Assembly (NCBI GenBank): GCA_013115145.1
Contig: JAAPAO010000016.1
Span: forward strand, 75,601-139,600
Length of the DNA stretch: 64,000 nt
Direction: 5' to 3'
Source of the DNA: Perkinsus chesapeaki ATCC PRA-425
Lineage: Eukaryota; Protista; Perkinsozoa
Numbering within the stretch: position 1 is the stretch's first letter; each line of letters begins with the position of its first letter. The notes beneath the pieces are model-generated. The model saw only the letters and a list, made by a program, of their open reading frames with translations, did not search any database and was not told where the DNA came from. Shown piece after piece: positions 60,510 through 64,000 of this stretch. The position numbers and the translations under genes were made by a program.

Positions 60510-62692
60510 CGCGTTAATGATCTGACAGTGGCGTCAACTTTTTCCTTAGTGCCTGCAAAGGCGTGTTAGTCGAGGATCGAAAATTCTTCCTAGTGCGGAA
60601 AATATCTTCCGACTGCAAGGCCAGACACCGCGGACGGTCTTCTTGATGCCACTTAGCAGTCCTTCCTAGAACCGCAAACTATTCCCGAATGGCCCACAGG
60701 CTGTCGCTTGGAAGCCCGACAGCTTACCTGGGGTGACACGTAACCTGTATGATATGCCTGTCACCATCGCTGGTGATGCTATCAACCTTCCCAAAGACCG
60801 GAGATGTCTCTCCTTCTGCCACCAAAGCTTCCTTCACTTTCGTCAAGAAATTATTAAACATATCCTCATCACCGGGATGCACTATTCTAACGCGCAGTGA
60901 GGATCTCACTATTCGCCTGAGACAACAACAAGATATCACATCATCTGCACGCATGCGCAACAATCTTCCGCGTGTTTACCCTTCCCCTATCACTATGAAT
61001 ACATCACACAGTGTATTATAATAATAAACCACACTGCACTGCCAATCGCCCCCCCCCCTACTACTCCTACTCTGGCATCTTATCCTCTAGAGCCTTAGCT
61101 GCCTCCCTCGATTGCAGCTTCGCCTCATTAACCTCCTTCTTTCCTTTGTTTATTGCTGTCATGGTTTGCGTTCCAACTCGAACCTAAACCATGAATACTA
61201 TATATCTTGAAGACACACATTATTTGCCGAGTAAAGCTACTTAAAGCAACGAAGGGACGCTCATACTTGCCAATAATAGTTCTGGGAAGAATCCTCTTAG
61301 TAGTCACGACATACTAGTGAGAATCACCATAGTTCAAATGACACATTCTGACTAGATACAATCGACGCACAAAAATCATTAGTTATTCATTCCTACGCCA
61401 GACCGACCGACACACAGAGAAGATCAATCAAAGTCGTTCACTCCTAACCCACATCGACCCGTACGCTACAAAGAACGACATGATCATTATTTCTATTTAT
61501 TTCGAGGCCTTCCCCTTCGCTTTGTTGTGAGATTCCTTTCTGACTTACCTGGAAATTGATCTCCTGTAGAGCGGAGGATATCTGGTCTTTAGTCAATGGA
61601 TATCCTGTTCTAGAGTCGATGCACATCTCGGTCAACTGTGTAACAATCTCATTCGTGCGCGACTCATAGAAGAACTCTCTCTCAGTTCCTGTGATCTGAC
61701 AGCCGAACAGTTAGTACCTCTGCTCTCCAACCCATCGACCCAGGTTCTATCCCCAGTACCTGCAAAGTGCCGTGCTTTAGGATCTCCTTGCAGATTTCCT
61801 TCTGGTCCGTAGTGCCAAAACATGCCTTCAGGTCCTTCGCCAGCGCCCTGTCTCCCCGAGAGACATTCGTGTAGACCGCCTCCGACTGCAACACCTGCGC
61901 AGTAGCAAACTCATAGACCGTTGATTCGAAATAGAGTTACCTCGTCGAGATCGGTCTCAATGCCTTGTCGGGAATTAACAACCTTATTAGGGTAGCAGGC
62001 GATCTCGAATCTAATGGAAGGAAGGATCAGCAGTAATTATTGTAATACGAATAAGAAAACAATATTAAAGGCAAGCGGAAGTAAACTACAGCATTCCCAG
62101 TTCAAGCTAGTTTTTTCCCGGATTCTCAATAATTTAACCATACTCGAAATCAGAATGGTGAATAATTAACTTGGACTGGAGCTGGAAATGCTGTAGTAAG
62201 CAAATCATGTACACGGTGACCAGTGAGGAAAAGCGATAGTGATTGGATTTATCAACAGTACTCCATTTAGTAAACTAGTGCCAAACAGAAGCAGTAGATT
62301 TACTAAATAACACTGAACAAGAAAGCATGCCATGACCTAATACATGTTCTCATGAGTTCACAACTTAGACATACGACGGTAGTTTGCCTAGTACGGACCA
62401 GTGAAAGTGGCATGTCATCCAGGACAACCACTTCTTTCTAGCCTCAAGAGCACTTACACAACTATCAATGTCTACGATGGTATTACGTAGAAAAACGTCC
62501 ACTACTACATGCATGTCACCTATGTTAGCTACGTTAATGGAGAAAACGGTATGGCTTCCTCCAGTCACACGCCCCATAGATTCCCACTCGAATGTCCCAC
62601 CATTACTTATATTCCTTCTTTTTACATTTTTTCTTCATCGACACAATAGCGATGTTAGTGAGCCTCTTTTGGCCTACAGGCTGATTAATCAT
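60510..62692 (-). CDS. SBDS: Ribosome maturation factor SBDS/Sdo1, multi-exon; 3' end approximate
   Basis: MINQPVGQKRLTNIAIVSMKK, FEIACYPNKV, ETDLDE|VLQSEAVYTNVSRG, FGTTDQKEICKEILKHGTLQ, CIDSRTGYP. Confidence 0.95.
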
Positions 62693-62930
62693 CCACTAGC
62701 TGAGAAGGTAATAAAACAGAGCTGGTATCCAAAAGGTACCAAGTTCAATTCCCAGCCCCCCCCTTCTGCCTTTCTACAACGCAAGTGTTAGGAAGCGCGG
62801 TGGAAATAACTTCGCGGGTTGTTGTTGTTATTGTTGTTGACAGTGCGCTGCTACGCACCATCATTTATTACTGAATAAGGCAGCTCCGGAGGGGCGGCGT
62901 AAGTAGCTCACGCACGTCTCAGTCGTGAAG

Positions 62931-63797
62931 TCAACCTAAGAGTTCATACCGATTTTCTCCAAACTCTCCTCTAATCGGATCATGACGCTCTCTAACACCC
63001 CTATTACTATGGCTTTTAGCGTCCTTTGACATCTTATAGCGCTCTAGCTCAAGGACCTTCTTTACCCGTTCCAACTCACCGCTATTAGGCCCTGAATCAG
63101 CATACGTACTAAATCCAGTAATAGGAGACATTACCTGAGCAGTTGGCTCCTTGATAGGGGCTCTTGATGCGAACTGTATAGCATAGTATATCCTGCCCAT
63201 CCCATCGGCAAGGCATCGTCTTGGACATCGCATCAAAGATATTCTACAGCTCAGATCGAATGCGCGTGGCGAGTACTCTTACCTGGGCCAGCTGCGTTAC
63301 ACCAACACCGTATCGCTCTCGAGTATCCTGGAAGTTGTGTTCGGCCTCGGTCATTTGGGCTTGAACCTGCTGCTAGAGTACTGACCCTCGAGACACTGGC
63401 GTACTACTACTACTACCATCTTCAAGTCTATCGCAGGCAGCGGTGCATCACTTCCGCTTGGGGGCTTCAACGCTTTAATATCACGGATGGTATCTTTAGG
63501 TCGGAATGAGCTCCCGTGGACTTGCCCCACCTACTAGTTTTAATCCAGTGATAAGTGCAAGTGTCTTTCCCTGTCAACTCGCGAAGCACTATCGAGTTCG
63601 ACTCGGATATATCATAACTGAACAAAGACAGCAGTCCTTCCCGATCCTACAGCACATCCTTTCCCCCACCAGAAGAGCTCCCCTTGAAAAGTGTCTTGGT
63701 TGGTAGTCCTCACTGAGATGCTATATCCTAAAAAGTTTTGACCGGGTAACATAGGCCCTCCGCCACTCGATGAAGCAGTGGCTGATGATGTTGCCAT
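62931..63797 (-). CDS. LSM12: LSM12-like protein (LSM plus anticodon-binding domain), multi-exon
   Basis: GYSISVRTTNQDTFQGELF; GVGVTQLAQ|NIFDAMSKTMPCRWDGQDI; VRIKSPY; ELERVKKVLE. Confidence 0.85.
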
Positions 63798-64000
63798 ATT
63801 AACGGTAAAACTATCCTCCTATACAACAACCATGTCACGTTTGGTCTCGAGCACTACCTAACTGGCGGCTAACAGTAACTCTTTGCGTTGAGGAAACGTA
63901 AGATTGCAAGATACGAGTGCCCACCCCTTGTGGCGACGAACCAAGGTGTCCGTCGGAAAGAGCTGGTGGCGGATCCATAATGAACACAATGCAGATGACG

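Noticed and set aside
62365-62577. 70-aa ORF as an independent gene
   Set aside because: Lies inside the first large SBDS intron; no motif or other support.

Overview
Gene-dense, intron-rich eukaryotic nuclear DNA with many ~40-65 nt GT-AG and occasional GC-AG introns and three N gaps that fall in minisatellites. Gene content and architecture suggest an alveolate, most likely Perkinsus or a relative (inference). About 20 genes can be reconstructed by hand-splicing: a coiled-coil protein, an EF-hand protein, a TIR/HET-like membrane protein, DNA polymerase epsilon subunit B, a DIM1/KsgA methyltransferase, subtilisin, a papain-family protease, two tandem AIFM2/FSP1-like oxidoreductases, ethanolamine-phosphate cytidylyltransferase, a catalytically degenerate CAF1, Lon protease, a USP, a CDPK, a signal-peptide GNAT, a mitochondrial carrier, SBDS and LSM12. 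There is also one intact tRNA-Glu(CTC) and a decayed tyrosine-recombinase element inside a Lon intron. The most unusual pattern is tRNA-derived sequence in spliceosomal introns: it makes up most of three small introns, sits at both ends of a fourth and occupies a fifth as an intact tRNA gene, in each case antisense to the host gene. Related fragments recur at dispersed sites. Exon boundaries and family assignments are manual and come from remembered motifs, not database searches.
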